A stretch of 64,000 bases of DNA from Eledone cirrhosa (GCA_964016885.1 OZ024741.1:1550001-1614000), one strand, 5' to 3'. Shown: positions 39,301-56,000, counted from the first letter of the stretch. Made by a program: numbers and translations. Notes: generated by a model from the letters alone, not told the origin.

Positions 39301-40746
39301 ACGCAAAGCATGAAAGCTGCGTTGTCAGAAGCAAAATAGTGCTCTGGGAAACGAGGGAGCCAAAGCTGTTAGCTGGGCCCGAGTGACGGCGGCGAAAAGT
39401 GGCAACAAGTCCACGATTCGGTCTTTGAAGGACCAAGACGGACGCGTGATACGTGAGCCGAAGCATATGTCCGCGGCCTTTCAGCGGCACTTTGCTCAAC
39501 TGTTCGGGCAGGGCGGCGCGCCGGGAGGGGCTATGGATTTCGGTCCATACCTCGACGGCCTACCACGACTCTCGGACAGCGAGGCGAAGTTCTGCGAAAG
39601 GCCGATTTCGGCCGCTGAGATAGGGGACGCGCTGGGCCAATGCGGCAAACGCAAATCTCCAGGTCTCGACGGTCTACCCTACGAATTTTACGTAGCAATG
39701 CCGGACTTGTTCTCCGGTCTCCTGGAAGCGTTCTACTGCAACTGGCATCAGAACGGGAGAATTCCCAGTTCTGTGACCAAGGGCGTAGTCACGTTAGTCA
39801 GGAAGGACGAGAATAAGGGGGATGACATAGGCAACTTCCGGCCCATAACTCTGCTAAACAGAGAGTTACGGATTTTCGCCAAGGTGTTGGCAAACAGGCT
39901 GGCGCTTGTCGTCGAAAACCTGGTGGGAGAAGCACAGACATGCGCAATCCCGACCAGGCCCATACACGACAACCTCCACCTCATGCGATACATCATAGAG
40001 AGGGTATGGTGTAAACCCGGCTTCGGTGGGGCCCTGATCAACTTGGATCAGTCTAAGGCTTTCGATAGGGTTGACCATCGTTACCTGGACGCGGTGCTCG
40101 AGGCGGCAGGATTCGGACCCGCGTTCAGGGGCTGGATTGCTGCAATGCACAGCAGCAACATCTGCTCAAGGGTCAATGTGAACGGCTACATCTCGGAGTC
40201 ATTCCATATCGCGCGATCCATCCGACAGGGATACCCTCTCTCCTCCCTTCTGTACGTACTGACTCTCGAGCCACTACTGCGAAAGTTGGAGCTATTGCAG
40301 GGCATCCCTTTGGTACCGGGACTGCGAAAAGCTGCGTCGGCCTACGCCGACGACGTGACAGTAATGGTGTCGAGCACCTCGCAAATCGGGGAGGTCGGCA
40401 CCTTACTGGAGGTATACGAAATGTTCACAGGAGCGAAGCTGAACCGGGACAAATCCGTCGGTTTGCAACTCGGAATGTGGAGAGGCAAACGGATGCCGTC
40501 CGATGGCGTCGTCGGACGCTGGACGGAAGCTGCTCGGGGTCTGGTTTGGTCCGGACCTCCAGGTGGAGAAGAACTGAAACGAGGTGACGGCCAAAGTTCT
40601 TTGCGTTCACACAGAAGTGGGCCGAGTACAAACTATCCTTGAATGGTCGAGTGGAGGTGGCGAACATATTTATAGCGTCCGTCATCTACCTCCGCTTGAC
40701 CGTCGTGCCTTGTCCAGCCAAAACGCTCACAAAAATGGAGCGCTTC
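36347..40746 (+). mobile_element. Tx1-type LINE copy H (5' end present, 3' truncated)
   Basis: ORF1 36605-38251 (VEGRRPSCYHC, ends QETKR*); ORF2 from 38292 (APE; RT segment 39383-40642 with YADD); stops at an RTE fragment. Confidence 0.92.
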
Positions 40747-40747
40747 T

Positions 40748-41082
40748 AAACTATGGCCATGTGGTTAGAATTTATCAGGAAATAATCGCAAGATGGTTGG
40801 ATAACATCCATGAGCTTTGGCTGGTCAAGCTTGGAGATCCAGCTGGAGACGGTTGCTTCCGACAGGATCTACTGGAAGGAGTGTTTGAGGACTCTGACCC
40901 TACGACCTCCCTAGGAATAAGTGGAAGAAGGAGAAGAAGAAGAAGAAGAAGAAGAAGAAGAAGAAGAAGAAGAAGAAGAAGAAGAAGAAGAAGAAGAAGA
41001 AGAAGAAGAAGAAGAAGAAGAAGAAGAAGAAGAAGAAGAAGAAGAAGAAGAAGAAGAAGAAGAAGAAGAAGAAGAAGAAGAA
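40748..41082 (+). mobile_element. RTE-like LINE 3' fragment with (GAA)~50 tail
   Basis: Homologous to 2215-2467 (ggttgcttccgacagg...gagtgtttgaggactct...ggaataagtgg). Confidence 0.65.
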
Positions 41083-41096
41083 TTCCTCCCACCTGG

Positions 41097-44000
41097 AAGC
41101 TACCAGAACAATGGCTGCCAAAATACAGCTACCAGAACAATGGCTGCAATATACAGCTACCAGAACACTGGCTGCCATATACAGCTACCAGAACAATGGC
41201 TGCCATACACAGCTACCAGAACACTGGCTGCCATATACAGCTACCAGAACACTGGCTGCCACATACAGCTACCAGAACACTGGCTGCCATATACAGCTAC
41301 CAGAACACTGGCTGCCATATACAGCTACCAGAACAATGGCTGCCATACACAGCTACCAGAACACTGTCTGCTATATACATCTAGCAGAACATTGGCTGCC
41401 ATATACAGCTACCAGAACACTGTCTGCCATATACAGCTACCAGAACAATGGCTGCCATACACAGCTACCAGAACACTGGCTGCCATATACAGCTACCAGA
41501 ACACTGGCTGCCATATACAGCTACCAGAACACTGGGTGCCATATACAGCTACCAGAACAATGGCTGGCATATACAGTTACCAGAACAATGGCTGCCATAT
41601 ACAGCTACCAGAACACTGGCTGCCATATACCGCTACCAGAACACTGGCTGCCATATACAGCTACCAGAACACTGGCTGCCATATACCGCTACCAGAACAC
41701 TGGCTGCCATATACAGCTACCAGAACACTGGCTGCCATATACAGCTACCAGAACACTGGGTGCCATATACAGCTACCAGAACAATGGCTGGCATATACAG
41801 TTACCAGAACAATGGCTGCCATATACAGCTACCAGAACACTGGCTGCCATATACCGCTACCAGAACACTGGCTGCCATATACCGCTACCAGAACACTGGC
41901 TGCCATATACCGCTACCAGAACACTGGCTGCCATATACAGCTACCAGAACACTGGCTGCCATATACCGCTACCAGAACACTGGCTGCCATATACAGCTAC
42001 CAGAACACTGGCTGCCATATACCGCTACCAGAACACTGGCTGCCATATACAGCTACCAGAACACTGGGTGCCATATACAGCTACCAGAACAATGGCTGGC
42101 ATATACAGTTACCAGAACAATGGCTGCCATATACAGCTACCAGAACACTGGCTGCCATATACCGCTACCAGAACACTGGCTGCCATATACAGCTACCAGA
42201 ACACTGGCTGCCATATACCGCTACCAGAACACTGGCTGCCATATACAGCTACCAGAACACTGGCTGCCATATACAGCTACCAGAACACTGGCTGCCATAT
42301 ACAGCTACCAGAACACTGGCTGCCATATACAGCTACCAGAACAATGGCTGCCATATACAGCTACCAGAACACTGTTAGCCATATACAGCTACCAGAACAA
42401 TGGCTGCCATATACAGCTACCAGAACACTGTCTGCCATATACAGCTACCAGAACACTGGCTGCCATATACAGCTACCAGAACACTGGCTGCCACATACAG
42501 CTACCAGAACAATGGCTGCCATATACAGCTACCAGAATACTGGCTGCCATATACAGCTACCAGAACACTGGCTGCCATATACAGCTACCAGAACACTGGC
42601 TGCCATATACAGCTACCAGAACACTGGCTGCCATATACAGCTACCAGAACAATGGCTGCCATATACAGCTACCAGAAGAATGGCTGCCATATACAGTTAC
42701 CAGAACAATGGCTGCCATATACAGCTACCAGAACACTGTTTGCCATATACAGCTACCAGAACACTGGCTGCCATATACAGCTACCAGAACACTGGCTGCC
42801 ATATACAGCTACCAGAACACTGGCTGCCATATATAGCTACCAGAACACTGGCTGCCATATACAGCTACCAGAACAATGGCTGCCATATACAGCTACCATG
42901 GCTGCCATATACAGCTACCAGAAAAATGACTGCCATATACAGCTACCAGAACACTGGATGCCATATACATCTACCAGAACACTGTTTGCCATATACAGCT
43001 ATCAGAACACTGGCTGCCATATAGAGCTATCAGAACAATGGCTGCCATATACAGCTACCAGAACACTGGCTGCCATATACAGCTACAAGAACACTGGCTG
43101 CCATATACAGCTACCAGAACACTGGCTGCCATATACATCTACCAGAACACTGGGTGCCATATACAGCTACCAGAACAATGGCTGGCATATACAGTTACCA
43201 GAACAATGGCTGCCATATACAGCTACCAGAACACTGGCTGCCATATACCGCTACCAGAACACTGGCTGCCATATACAGCTACCAGAACACTGGCTGCCAT
43301 ATACAGCTACCAGAACAATGGCTGCCATATACAGCTACCAGAACAATGGCTGCCATATACAGTTACCAGAACAATGGCTGCCATATACAGCTACCAGAAC
43401 ACTGTTAGCCATATACAGCTACCAGAACACTGGCTGCCATATACAGCTACCAGAACACTGGCTGCCATATACAGCTACCAGAACAATGGCTGCCATATAC
43501 AGCTACCAGAACAATGGCTGCCATATACAGTTACCAGAACAATGGCTGCCATATACAGCTACCAGTACACTGTTTGCCATATACAGCTACCAGAACAATG
43601 GCTGCCATATACAGCTACCAGAACACTGGCTGCCATATACAGCTACCAGAACACTGGCTGCCATATATAGCTACCAGAACACTGGCTGCCATATACAGCT
43701 ACCAGAACACTGTTTGCCATATACAGCTACCAGAACAATGGCTGCCATACACAGCTACCAGAACACTGGCTGCCATATACAGCTACCAGAACAATTTCTG
43801 CCATATACAGCTACCATGGCTGCCATATACAGCTACCAGAAAAATGACTGCCATATACAGCTACCAGAACACTGGCTGCCATATACAGCTACCAGAACAA
43901 TGGCTGCCATATACAGCTACCAGAACAATGGCTGCCATATACAGTTACCAGAACAATGGCTGCCATATACAGCTACCAGTACACTGTTTGCCATATACAG

Positions 44001-47000
44001 CTACCAGAACAATGGCTGCCATATACAGCTACCAGAACACTGGCTGCCATATACAGCTACCAGAACACTGGCTGCCATATATAGCTACCAGAACACTGGC
44101 TGCCATATACAGCTACCAGAACACTGTTTGCCATATACAGCTACCAGAACAATGGCTGCCATACACAGCTACCAGAACACTGGCTGCCATATACAGCTAC
44201 CAGAACAATTTCTGCCATATACAGCTACCATGGCTGCCATATACAGCTACCAGAAAAATGACTGCCATATACAGCTACCAGAACAATGGCTGTCATATAC
44301 AGCTACCAGAACACTGGCTGCCATGTACAGCTACTAGAACAATGGCTGCCATATACAGCTACCACAACACTGGCTGCCATATACAGCTACCAGAACACTG
44401 TTTGCCATATACAGCTACCAGAACAATGGCTGCCATATACAGCTACCAGAACACTGGATGCCATATACAGCTACCAGAACAATGGTTGCCATATACAGCT
44501 ACCACAACACTGGCTGCCATATACAGCTACCAGAACACTGTTTGCCATATACATCTACCAGAACAACGGCTGCCATATACAGCTACCAGAACACTGGATG
44601 CCATATACAGCTACCAGAACAATGGTTGCCATATACAGCTACCACAACACTGGCTGCCATATACAGCTACCAGAACACTGGATGCCATATACAGCTACCA
44701 GAAAAATGGCTGCCATATACAGCTACCAGAACACTGGCTGCCATATACAGCTACCATGGCCGCCATATACAGCTACCAGAAAAATGACTGCCATATACAG
44801 CTATCAGAACACTGGATGCCATATACAGCTACCAGAACAATGGCTGCCATATACAGCTACAAGAACACTGGCTGCCATATACAGCTACCAGAACACTGGC
44901 TGCCATATACATCTACCAGAACACTGGGTGCCATATACAGCTACCAGAACAATGGCTGGCATATACAGTTACCAGAACAATGGCTGCCATATACAGCTAC
45001 CAGAACACTGGCTGCCATATACCGCTACCAGATCACTGGCTGCCATATACAGCTACCAGAACACTGGCTGCCATATACAGCTACCAGAACAATGGCTGCC
45101 ATATACAGCTACCAGAACAATGGCTGCCATATACAGTTACCAGAACAATGGCTGCCATATACAGCTACCAGAACACTGTTAGCCATATACAGCTACCAGA
45201 ACACTGGCTGCCATATACAGCTACCAGAACACTGGCTGCCATATACAGCTACCAGAACACTGGCTGCCATATACAGCTACCAGAACAATGGCTGCCATAT
45301 ACAGTTACCAGAACAATGGCTGCCATATACAGCTACCAGTACACTGTTTGCCATATACAGCTACCAGAACAATGGCTGCCATATACAGCTACCAGAACAC
45401 TGGCTGCCATATACAGCTACCAGAACACTGGCTGCCATATATAGCTACCAGAACACTGGCTGCCATATACAGCTACCAGAACACTGTTTGCCATATACAG
45501 CTACCAGAACAATGGCTGCCATATACAGCTACCAGAACACTGTTAGCCATATACAGCTACCAGAACAATGGCTGCCATATACAGCTACCAGAACACTGTC
45601 TGCCATATACAGCTACCAGAACACTGGCTGCCATATACAGCTACCAGAACACTGGCTGCCACATACAGCTACCAGAACAATGGCTGCCATATACAGCTAC
45701 CAGAATACTGGCTGCCATATACAGCTACCAGAACACTGGCTGCCATATACAGCTACCAGAACACTGGCTGCCATATACAGCTACCAGAACACTGGCTGCC
45801 ATATACAGCTACCAGAACAATGGCTGCCATATACAGCTACCAGAAGAATGGCTGCCATATACAGTTACCAGAACAATGGCTGCCATATACAGCTACCAGA
45901 ACACTGTTTGCCATATACAGCTACCAGAACACTGGCTGCCATATACAGCTACCAGAACACTGGCTGCCATATACAGCTACCAGAACACTGGCTGCCATAT
46001 ATAGCTACCAGAACACTGGCTGCCATATACAGCTACCAGAACAATGGCTGCCATATACAGCTACCATGGCTGCCATATACAGCTACCAGAAAAATGACTG
46101 CCATATACAGCTACCAGAACACTGGATGCCATATACATCTACCAGAACACTGTTTGCCATATACAGCTATCAGAACACTGGCTGCCATATAGAGCTATCA
46201 GAACAATGGCTGCCATATACAGCTACCAGAACACTGGCTGCCATATACAGCTACAAGAACACTGGCTGCCATATACAGCTACCAGAACACTGGCTGCCAT
46301 ATACATCTACCAGAACACTGGGTGCCATATACAGCTACCAGAACAATGGCTGGCATATACAGTTACCAGAACAATGGCTGCCATATACAGCTACCAGAAC
46401 ACTGGCTGCCATATACCGCTACCAGAACACTGGCTGCCATATACAGCTACCAGAACACTGGCTGCCATATACAGCTACCAGAACAATGGCTGCCATATAC
46501 AGCTACCAGAACAATGGCTGCCATATAACGTTACCAGAACAATGGCTGCCATATACAGCTACCAGAACACTGTTAGCCATATACAGCTACCAGAACACTG
46601 GCTGCCATATACAGCTACCAGAACACTGGCTGCCATATACAGCTACCAGAACAATGGCTGCCATATACAGCTACCAGAACAATGGCTGCCATATACAGTT
46701 ACCAGAACAATGGCTGCCATATACAGCTACCAGTACACTGTTTGCCATATACAGCTACCAGAACAATGGCTGCCATATACAGCTACCAGAACACTGGCTG
46801 CCATATACAGCTACCAGAACACTGGCTGCCATATATAGCTACCAGAACACTGGCTGCCATATACAGCTACCAGAACACTGTTTGCCATATACAGCTACCA
46901 GAACAATGGCTGCCATACACAGCTACCAGAACACTGGCTGCCATATACAGCTACCAGAACAATTTCTGCCATATACAGCTACCATGGCTGCCATATACAG

Positions 47001-50000
47001 CTACCAGAAAAATGACTGCCATATACAGCTACCAGAACACTGGCTGCCATATACAGCTACCAGAACAATGGCTGCCATATACAGCTACCAGATCAATGGC
47101 TGCCATATACAGTTACCAGAACAATGGCTGCCATATACAGCTACCAGTACACTGTTTGCCATATACAGCTACCAGAACAATGGCTGCCATATACAGCTAC
47201 CAGAACACTGGCTGCCATATACAGCTACCAGAACACTGGCTGCCATATATAGCTACCAGAACACTGGCTGCCATATACAGCTACCAGAACACTGTTTGCC
47301 ATATACAGCTACCAGAACAATGGCTGCCATACACAGCTACCAGAACACTGGCTGCCATATACAGCTACCAGAACAATTTCTGCCATATACAGCTACCATG
47401 GCTGCCATATACAGCTACCAGAAAAATGACTGCCATATACAGCTACCAGAACAATGGCTGTCATATACAGCTACCAGAACACTGGCTGCCATGTACAGCT
47501 ACTAGAACAATGGCTGCCATATACAGCTACCACAACACTGGCTGCCATATACAGCTACCAGAACACTGTTTGCCATATACAGCTACCAGAACAATGGCTG
47601 CCATATACAGCTACCAGAACACTGGATGCCATATACAGCTACCAGAACAATGGTTGCCATATACAGCTACCACAACACTGGCTGCCATATACAGCTACCA
47701 GAACACTGTTTGCCATATACATCTACCAGAACAACGGCTGCCATATACAGCTACCAGAACACTGGATGCCATATACAGCTACCAGAACAATGGTTGCCAT
47801 ATACAGCTACCACAACACTGGCTGCCATATACAGCTACCAGAACACTGGATGCCATATACAGCTACCAGAAAAATGGCTGCCATATACAGCTACCAGAAC
47901 ACTGGCTGCCATATACAGCTACCATGGCCGCCATATACAGCTACCAGAAAAATGACTGCCATATACAGCTATCAGAACACTGGATGCCATATACAGCTAC
48001 CAGAACAATGGCTGCCATATACAGCTACAAGAACACTGGCTGCCATATACAGCTACCAGAACACTGGCTGCCATATACATCTACCAGAACACTGGGTGCC
48101 ATATACAGCTACCAGAACAATGGCTGGCATATACAGTTACCAGAACAATGGCTGCCATATACAGCTACCAGAACACTGGCTGCCATATACCGCTACCAGA
48201 TCACTGGCTGCCATATACAGCTACCAGAACACTGGCTGCCATATACAGCTACCAGAACAATGGCTGCCATATACAGCTACCAGAACAATGGCTGCCATAT
48301 ACAGTTACCAGAACAATGGCTGCCATATACAGCTACCAGAACACTGTTAGCCATATACAGCTACCAGAACACTGGCTGCCATATACAGCTACCAGAACAC
48401 TGGCTGCCATATACAGCTACCAGAACACTGGCTGCCATATACAGCTACCAGAACAATGGCTGCCATATACAGTTACCAGAACAATGGCTGCCATATACAG
48501 CTACCAGTACACTGTTTGCCATATACAGCTACCAGAACAATGGCTGCCATATACAGCTACCAGAACACTGGCTGCCATATACAGCTACCAGAACACTGGC
48601 TGCCATATATAGCTACCAGAACACTGGCTGCCATATACAGCTACCAGAACACTGTTTGCCATATACAGCTACGAGAACAATGGCTGCCATACACAGCTAC
48701 CAGAACACTGGCTGCCATATACAGCTACCAGAACAATTTCTGCCATATACAGCTACCATGGCTGCCATATACAGCTACCAGAAAAATGACTGCCATATAC
48801 AGCTACCAGAACAATGGCTGTCATATACAGCTACCAGAACACTGGCTGCCATGTACAGCTACTAGAACAATGGCTGCCATATACAGCTACCACAACACTG
48901 GCTGCCATATACAGCTACCAGAACACTGTTTGCCATATACAGCTACCAGAACAACGGCTGCCATATACAGCTACCAGAACACTGGATGCCATATACAGCT
49001 ACCAGAACAATGGTTGCCATATACAGCTACCACAACACTGGCTGCCATATACAGCTACCAGAACACTGGATGCCATATACAGCTACCAGAAAAATGGCTG
49101 CCATATACAGCTACCAGAACACTGGCTGCCATATACAGCTACCATGGCCGCCATATACAGCTACCAGAAAAATGACTGCCATATACAGCTATCAGAACAC
49201 TGGATGCCATATACAGCTACCAGAACAATGGCTGCCATATACAGCTACCAGAACACTTGCTGCCATGTACAGCTACTAGAACAATGGCTGCCATATACAG
49301 CTACCACAACGCTGGCTGCCATATACAGCTACCAGAACACTGTTTGCCATATACAGCTACCAGACCACTGGCTGCCATATACAGCTACCAGAACAATGGC
49401 TGCCATATACAGCTACCAGAACACTGTTAGCCATATACAGCTACCAGAACACTGGCTGCCATATACAGCTACCAGAACACTGTCTGCCATATACAGCTAC
49501 CAGAACACTGGCTGCCATATACAGCTACCAGAACACTGGCTGCCATATACAGCTACCAGAACAATGGCTGCCATATACAGCTAGCAGAATACTGGCTGCC
49601 ATATACAGCTACCAGAACACTGGCTGCCATATACAGCTACCAGAACACTGGCTGCCATATACAGCTACCAGAACACTGGCTGCCATATACAGCTACCAGA
49701 ACAATGGCTGCCATATACAGCTACCAGAAGAATGGCTGCCATATACAGTTACCAGAACAATGGCTGCCATATACAGCTACCAGAACACTGTTTGCCATAT
49801 ACAGCTACGAGAACACTGGCTGCCATATACAGCTACCAGAACACTGGCTGCCATATACAGCTACCAGAACACTGGCTGCCATATATAGCTACCAGAACAC
49901 TGGCTGCCATATACAGCTACCAGAACAATGGCTGCCATATACAGCTACCATGGCTGCCATATACAGCTACCAGAAAAATGACTGCCATATACAGCTACCA

Positions 50001-53000
50001 GAACACTGGATGCCATATACAGCTACCAGAACACTGTTTGCCATATACAGCTATCAGAACACTGGCTGCCATATACAGCTATCAGAACAATGGCTGCCAT
50101 ATACAGCTACCAGAACACTGGCTGCCATATACAGCTACAAGAACACTGGCTGCCATATACAGCTACCAGAACACTGGCTGCCATATACATCTACCAGAAC
50201 ACTGGGTGCCATATACAGCTACCAGAACAATGGCTGGCATATACAGTTACCAGAACAATGGCTGCCATATACAGCTACCAGAACACTGGCTGCCATATAC
50301 CGCTACCAGAACACTGGCTGCCATATACAGCTACCAGAACACTGGCTGCCATATACAGCTACCAGAACAATGGCTGCCATATACAGCTACCAGAACAATG
50401 GCTGCCATATACAGTTACCAGAACAATGGCTGCCATATACAGCTACCAGAACACTGTTAGCCATATACAGCTACCAGAACACTGGCTGCCATATACAGCT
50501 ACCAGAACACTGGCTGCCATATACAGCTACCAGAACAATGGCTGCCATATACAGCTACCAGAACAATGGCTGCCATATACAGTTACCAGAACAATGGCTG
50601 CCATATACAGCTACCAGTACACTGTTTGCCATATACAGCTACCAGAACAATGGCTGCCATATACAGCTACCAGAACACTGGCTGCCATATACAGCTACCA
50701 GAACACTGGCTGCCATATATAGCTACCAGAACACTGGCTGCCATATACAGCTACCAGAACACTGTTTGCCATATACAGCTACCAGAACAATGGCTGCCAT
50801 ACACAGCTACCAGAACACTGGCTGCCATATACAGCTACCAGAACAATTTCTGCCATATACAGCTACCATGGCTGCCATATACAGCTACCAGAAAAATGAC
50901 TGCCATATACAGCTACCAGAACAATGGCTGCCATATACAGCTACCAGAACACTGGCTGCCATGTACAGCTACTAGAACAATGGCTACCATATACAGCTAC
51001 CACAACACTGGCTGCCATATACAGCTACCAGAACACTGTTTGCCATATACAGCTACCAGAACAACGGCTGCCATATACAGCTACCAGAACACTGGATGCC
51101 ATATACAGCTACCAGAACAATGGTTGCCATATACAGCTACCACAACACTGGCTGCCATATACAGCTACCAGAACACTGTTTGCCATATACAGCTACCAGA
51201 AAAATGGCTGCCATATACAGCTACGAGAACACTGGGTGCCATATACAGCTACCAGAACAATGGCTGGCATATACAGTTACCAGAACAATGGCTGCCATAT
51301 ACAGCTACCAGAAAAATGACTGCCATATACAGCTATCAGAACACTGGATGCCATATACAGCTACCAGAACAATGGCTGCCATATACAGCTACCAGAACAA
51401 TGGCTGCCATATACAGTTACCAGAACAATGGCTGCCATATACAGCTACCAGAACACTGTTTGCCATATACAGCTACCAGAACAATGGCTGGCATATGGAG
51501 CTACCAGAACACTGGCTGCCATATACAGCTACCAGAACACTGGCTGCCATATATAGCTACCAGAACACTGGCTGCCATATACAGCTACCAGAACAATGGC
51601 TGCCATATACAGCTACCATGGCCGCCATATACAGCTACCAGAAAAATGACTGCCATATACAGCTATTAGAACACTGGATGCCATATACAGCTACCAGAAC
51701 AATGGCTGCCATATACAGCTACCAGAACACTGGCTGCCATGTACAGCTACTAGAACAATGGCTGCCATATACAGCTACCACAACGCTGGCTGCCATATAC
51801 AGCTACCAGAACACTGTTTGCCATATACAGCTACCAGAACAATGGCTGCCATATACAGCTACCAGAATACTGGCTGCCATATACAGCTACCAGAACACTG
51901 GCTGCCATATACAGCTACCAGAACACTGGCTGCCATATACAGCTACCAGAACACTGTTTGCCATATACAGCTATCAGAACACTGGCTGCCATATACAGCT
52001 ATAAGAACAATGGCTGCCAAATACAGCTACCAGAACACTGGCTGCCATATACAGCTACAAGAACACTGGCTGCCATATACAGCTAACAGAACAATGGCTG
52101 CCATATACAGCTACCAGAACACTGTCTGCCATATACAGCTACCAGAACACTGGCTGCCATATACAGCTACCAGAACAATGGCTGCCATATACAGCTACCA
52201 GAACACTGGCTGCCATATACAGCTACCAGAACAATGGCTGCCATATACAGCTACCAGAATACTGGCTGCCATATACAGCTACCAGAATACTGGCTGCCAT
52301 ATACAGCTACCAGAACACTGGCTGCCATATACAGCTACCAGAACACTGGCTGCCATATACAGCTACCAGAACAATGGCTGCCATATACAGCTACCAGAAC
52401 AATGGCTGCCATATACAGTTACCAGAACAATGGCTGCCATATACAGCTACCAGAACACTGTTTGCCATATACAGCTACCAGAACAATGGCTGCCATATGC
52501 AGCTACCAGAACACTGGCTGCCATATACAGCTACCAGAACACTGGCTGCCATATATAGCTACCAGAACACTGGCTGCCATATACAGCTACCAGAACAATG
52601 GCTGCCATATATAGCTACCATGGCTGCCATATACAGCTACCAGAAAAATGACTGCCATATACAGCTACCAAAACACTGGATGCCATATACAGCTACCAGA
52701 ACACTGTTTGCCATATACAGCTATCAGAACACTGGCTGCCATATACAGCTATCAGAACAATGGCTGCCATATACAGCTACCAGAATACTGGCTGCCATAT
52801 ACAGCTACAAGAACACTGGCTGCCATATACAGCTATCAGAACACTGGCTGCCATATACAGCTACCAGAACACTGGGTGCCATATACAGCTACCAGAACAA
52901 TGGCTGGCATATACAGTTACCAGAACAATGGCTGCCATATACAGCTACCAGAACACTGGCTGCCATATACCGCTACCAGAACACTGGCTGCCATATACAG

Positions 53001-56000
53001 CTACCAGAACACTGGCTGCCATATACAGCTACCAGAACACTGGCTGCCATATACAGCTACCAGAACACTGGCTGCCATATACAGCTACCAGAACACTGGC
53101 TGCCATATACAGCTACCAGAACACTGGCTGCCATATACAGCTACCAGAACAATGGCTGCCATATACTGCTACCAGAACACTGTTAGCCATATACAGCTAC
53201 CAGAACACTGGCTGCCATATACAGCTACCAGAACACTGGCTGCCATATACAGCTACCAGAACACTGGCTGCCTTATACAGCTACCAGAACACTGGCTGCC
53301 ATATACAGCTACCAGAACAATGGCTGCCATATACAGCTACCAGAACAATGGCTGCCATATACAGTTACCAGAACAATGGCTGCCATATACAGCTACCAGA
53401 ACACTGGCTGCCATATACAGCTACCAGAACACTGGCTGCCATATACATCTACTAGAACACTGGCTGCCATTTACAGCTACCAGAACACTGGCTGCCATAT
53501 ACAGCTACCAGAACACTGGCTGCCATATAAATCTACCAGAACAATGGCTGCCATATACAGCTACCAGAACACTCTTTGCCATATACAGCTACCAGAACAA
53601 TGGCTGCCATATACAGCTACCAGAACACTCGTTGCCATATAAAGCTACCAGAACAATAGCTGCCATATAGAGCTACCAGAACACTGGCTGCCATATACCG
53701 CTACCAGAACACTGGCTACCATATACAGCTACCAGAACACTGGCTGCCATATACAGCTACCAGAACAATGGCTGGCATATGCAGCTACCAGAACACTGGC
53801 TGCCATATACAGCTACCAGAACACTAGCTGCCATATATAGCTACCAGAACACTGGCTGCCATATACAGCTACCAGAACAATGGCTGCCATATACAGCTAC
53901 CATGGCCGCCATATACAGCTACCAGAAAAATGACTGCCATATACAGCTATTAGAACACTGGATGCCATATACAGCTACCAGAACAATGGCTGCCATATAC
54001 AGCTACCAGAACACTGGCTGCCATGTACAGCTACTAGAACAATGGCTGCCATATACAGCTACCACAACGCTGGCTGCCATATACAGCTACCAGAACACTG
54101 TTTGCCATATACAGCTACCAGAACAATGGCTGCCATATACAGCTACCAGAATACTGGCTGCCATATACAGCTACCAGAACACTGGCTGCCATATACAGCT
54201 ACCAGAACACTGGCTGCCATATACAGCTACCAGAACACTGTTTGCCATATACAGCTATCAGAACACTGGCTGCCATATAGAGCTATAAGAACAATGGCTG
54301 CCAAATACAGCTACCAGAACACTGGCTGCCATATACAGCTACAAGAACACTGGCTGCCATATACAGCTAACAGAACAATGGCTGCCATATACAGCTACCA
54401 GAACACTGTCTGCCATATACAGCTACCAGAACACTGGCTGCCATATACAGCTACCAGAACAATGGCTGCCATATACAGCTACCAGAACACTGGCTGCCAT
54501 ATACAGCTACCAGAACAATGGCTGCCATATACAGCTACCAGAATACTGGCTGCCATATACAGCTACCAGAATACTGGCTGCCATATACAGCTACCAGAAC
54601 ACTGGCTGCCATATACAGCTACCAGAACACTGGCTGCCATATACAGCTACCAGAACAATGGCTGCCATATACAGCTACCAGAACAATGGCTGCCATATAC
54701 AGTTACCAGAACAATGGCTGCCATATACAGCTACCAGAACACTGTTTGCCATATACAGCTACCAGAACAATGGCTGCCATATGCAGCTACCAGAACACTG
54801 GCTGCCATATACAGCTACCAGAACACTGGCTGCCATATATAGCTACCAGAACACTGGCTGCCATATACAGCTACCAGAACAATGGCTGCCATATACAGCT
54901 ACCATGGCTGCCATATACAGCTACCAGAAAAATGACTGCCATATACAGCTACCAAAACACTGGATGCCATATACAGCTACCAGAACACTGTTTGCCATAT
55001 ACAGCTATCAGAACACTGGCTGCCATATACAGCTATCAGAACAATGGCTGCCATATACAGCTACCAGAATACTGGCTGCCATATACAGCTACAAGAACAC
55101 TGGCTGCCATATACAGCTACCAGAACACTGGCTGCCATATATAGCTACCAGAACACTGGCTGCCATATACAGCTACCAGAACAATGGCTGCCATATACAG
55201 CTACCATGGCCGCCATATACAGCTACCAGAAAAATGACTGCCATATACAGCTATTAGAACACTGGATGCCATATACAGCTACCAGAACAATGGCTGCCAT
55301 ATACAGCTACCAGAACACTGGCTGCCATGTACAGCTACTAGAACAATGGCTGCCATATACAGCTACCACAACGCTGGCTGCCATATACAGCTACCAGAAC
55401 ACTGTTTGCCATATACAGCTACCAGAACAATGGCTGCCATATACAGCTACCAGAATACTGGCTGCCATATACAGCTACCAGAACACTGGCTGCCATATAC
55501 AGCTACCAGAACACTGGCTGCCATATACAGCTACCAGAACACTGTTTGCCATATACAGCTATCAGAACACTGGCTGCCATATACAGCTATAAGAACAATG
55601 GCTGCCAAATACAGCTACCAGAACACTGGCTGCCATATACAGCTACAAGAACACTGGCTGCCATATACAGCTAACAGAACAATGGCTGCCATATACAGCT
55701 ACCAGAACACTGTCTGCCATATACAGCTACCAGAACACTGGCTGCCATATACAGCTACCAGAACAATGGCTGCCATATACAGCTACCAGAACACTGGCTG
55801 CCATATACAGCTACCAGAACAATGGCTGCCATATACAGCTACCAGAATACTGGCTGCCATATACAGCTACCAGAATACTGGCTGCCATATACAGCTACCA
55901 GAACACTGGCTGCCATATACAGCTACCAGAACACTGGCTGCCATATACAGCTACCAGAACAATGGCTGCCATATACAGCTACCAGAACAATGGCTGCCAT

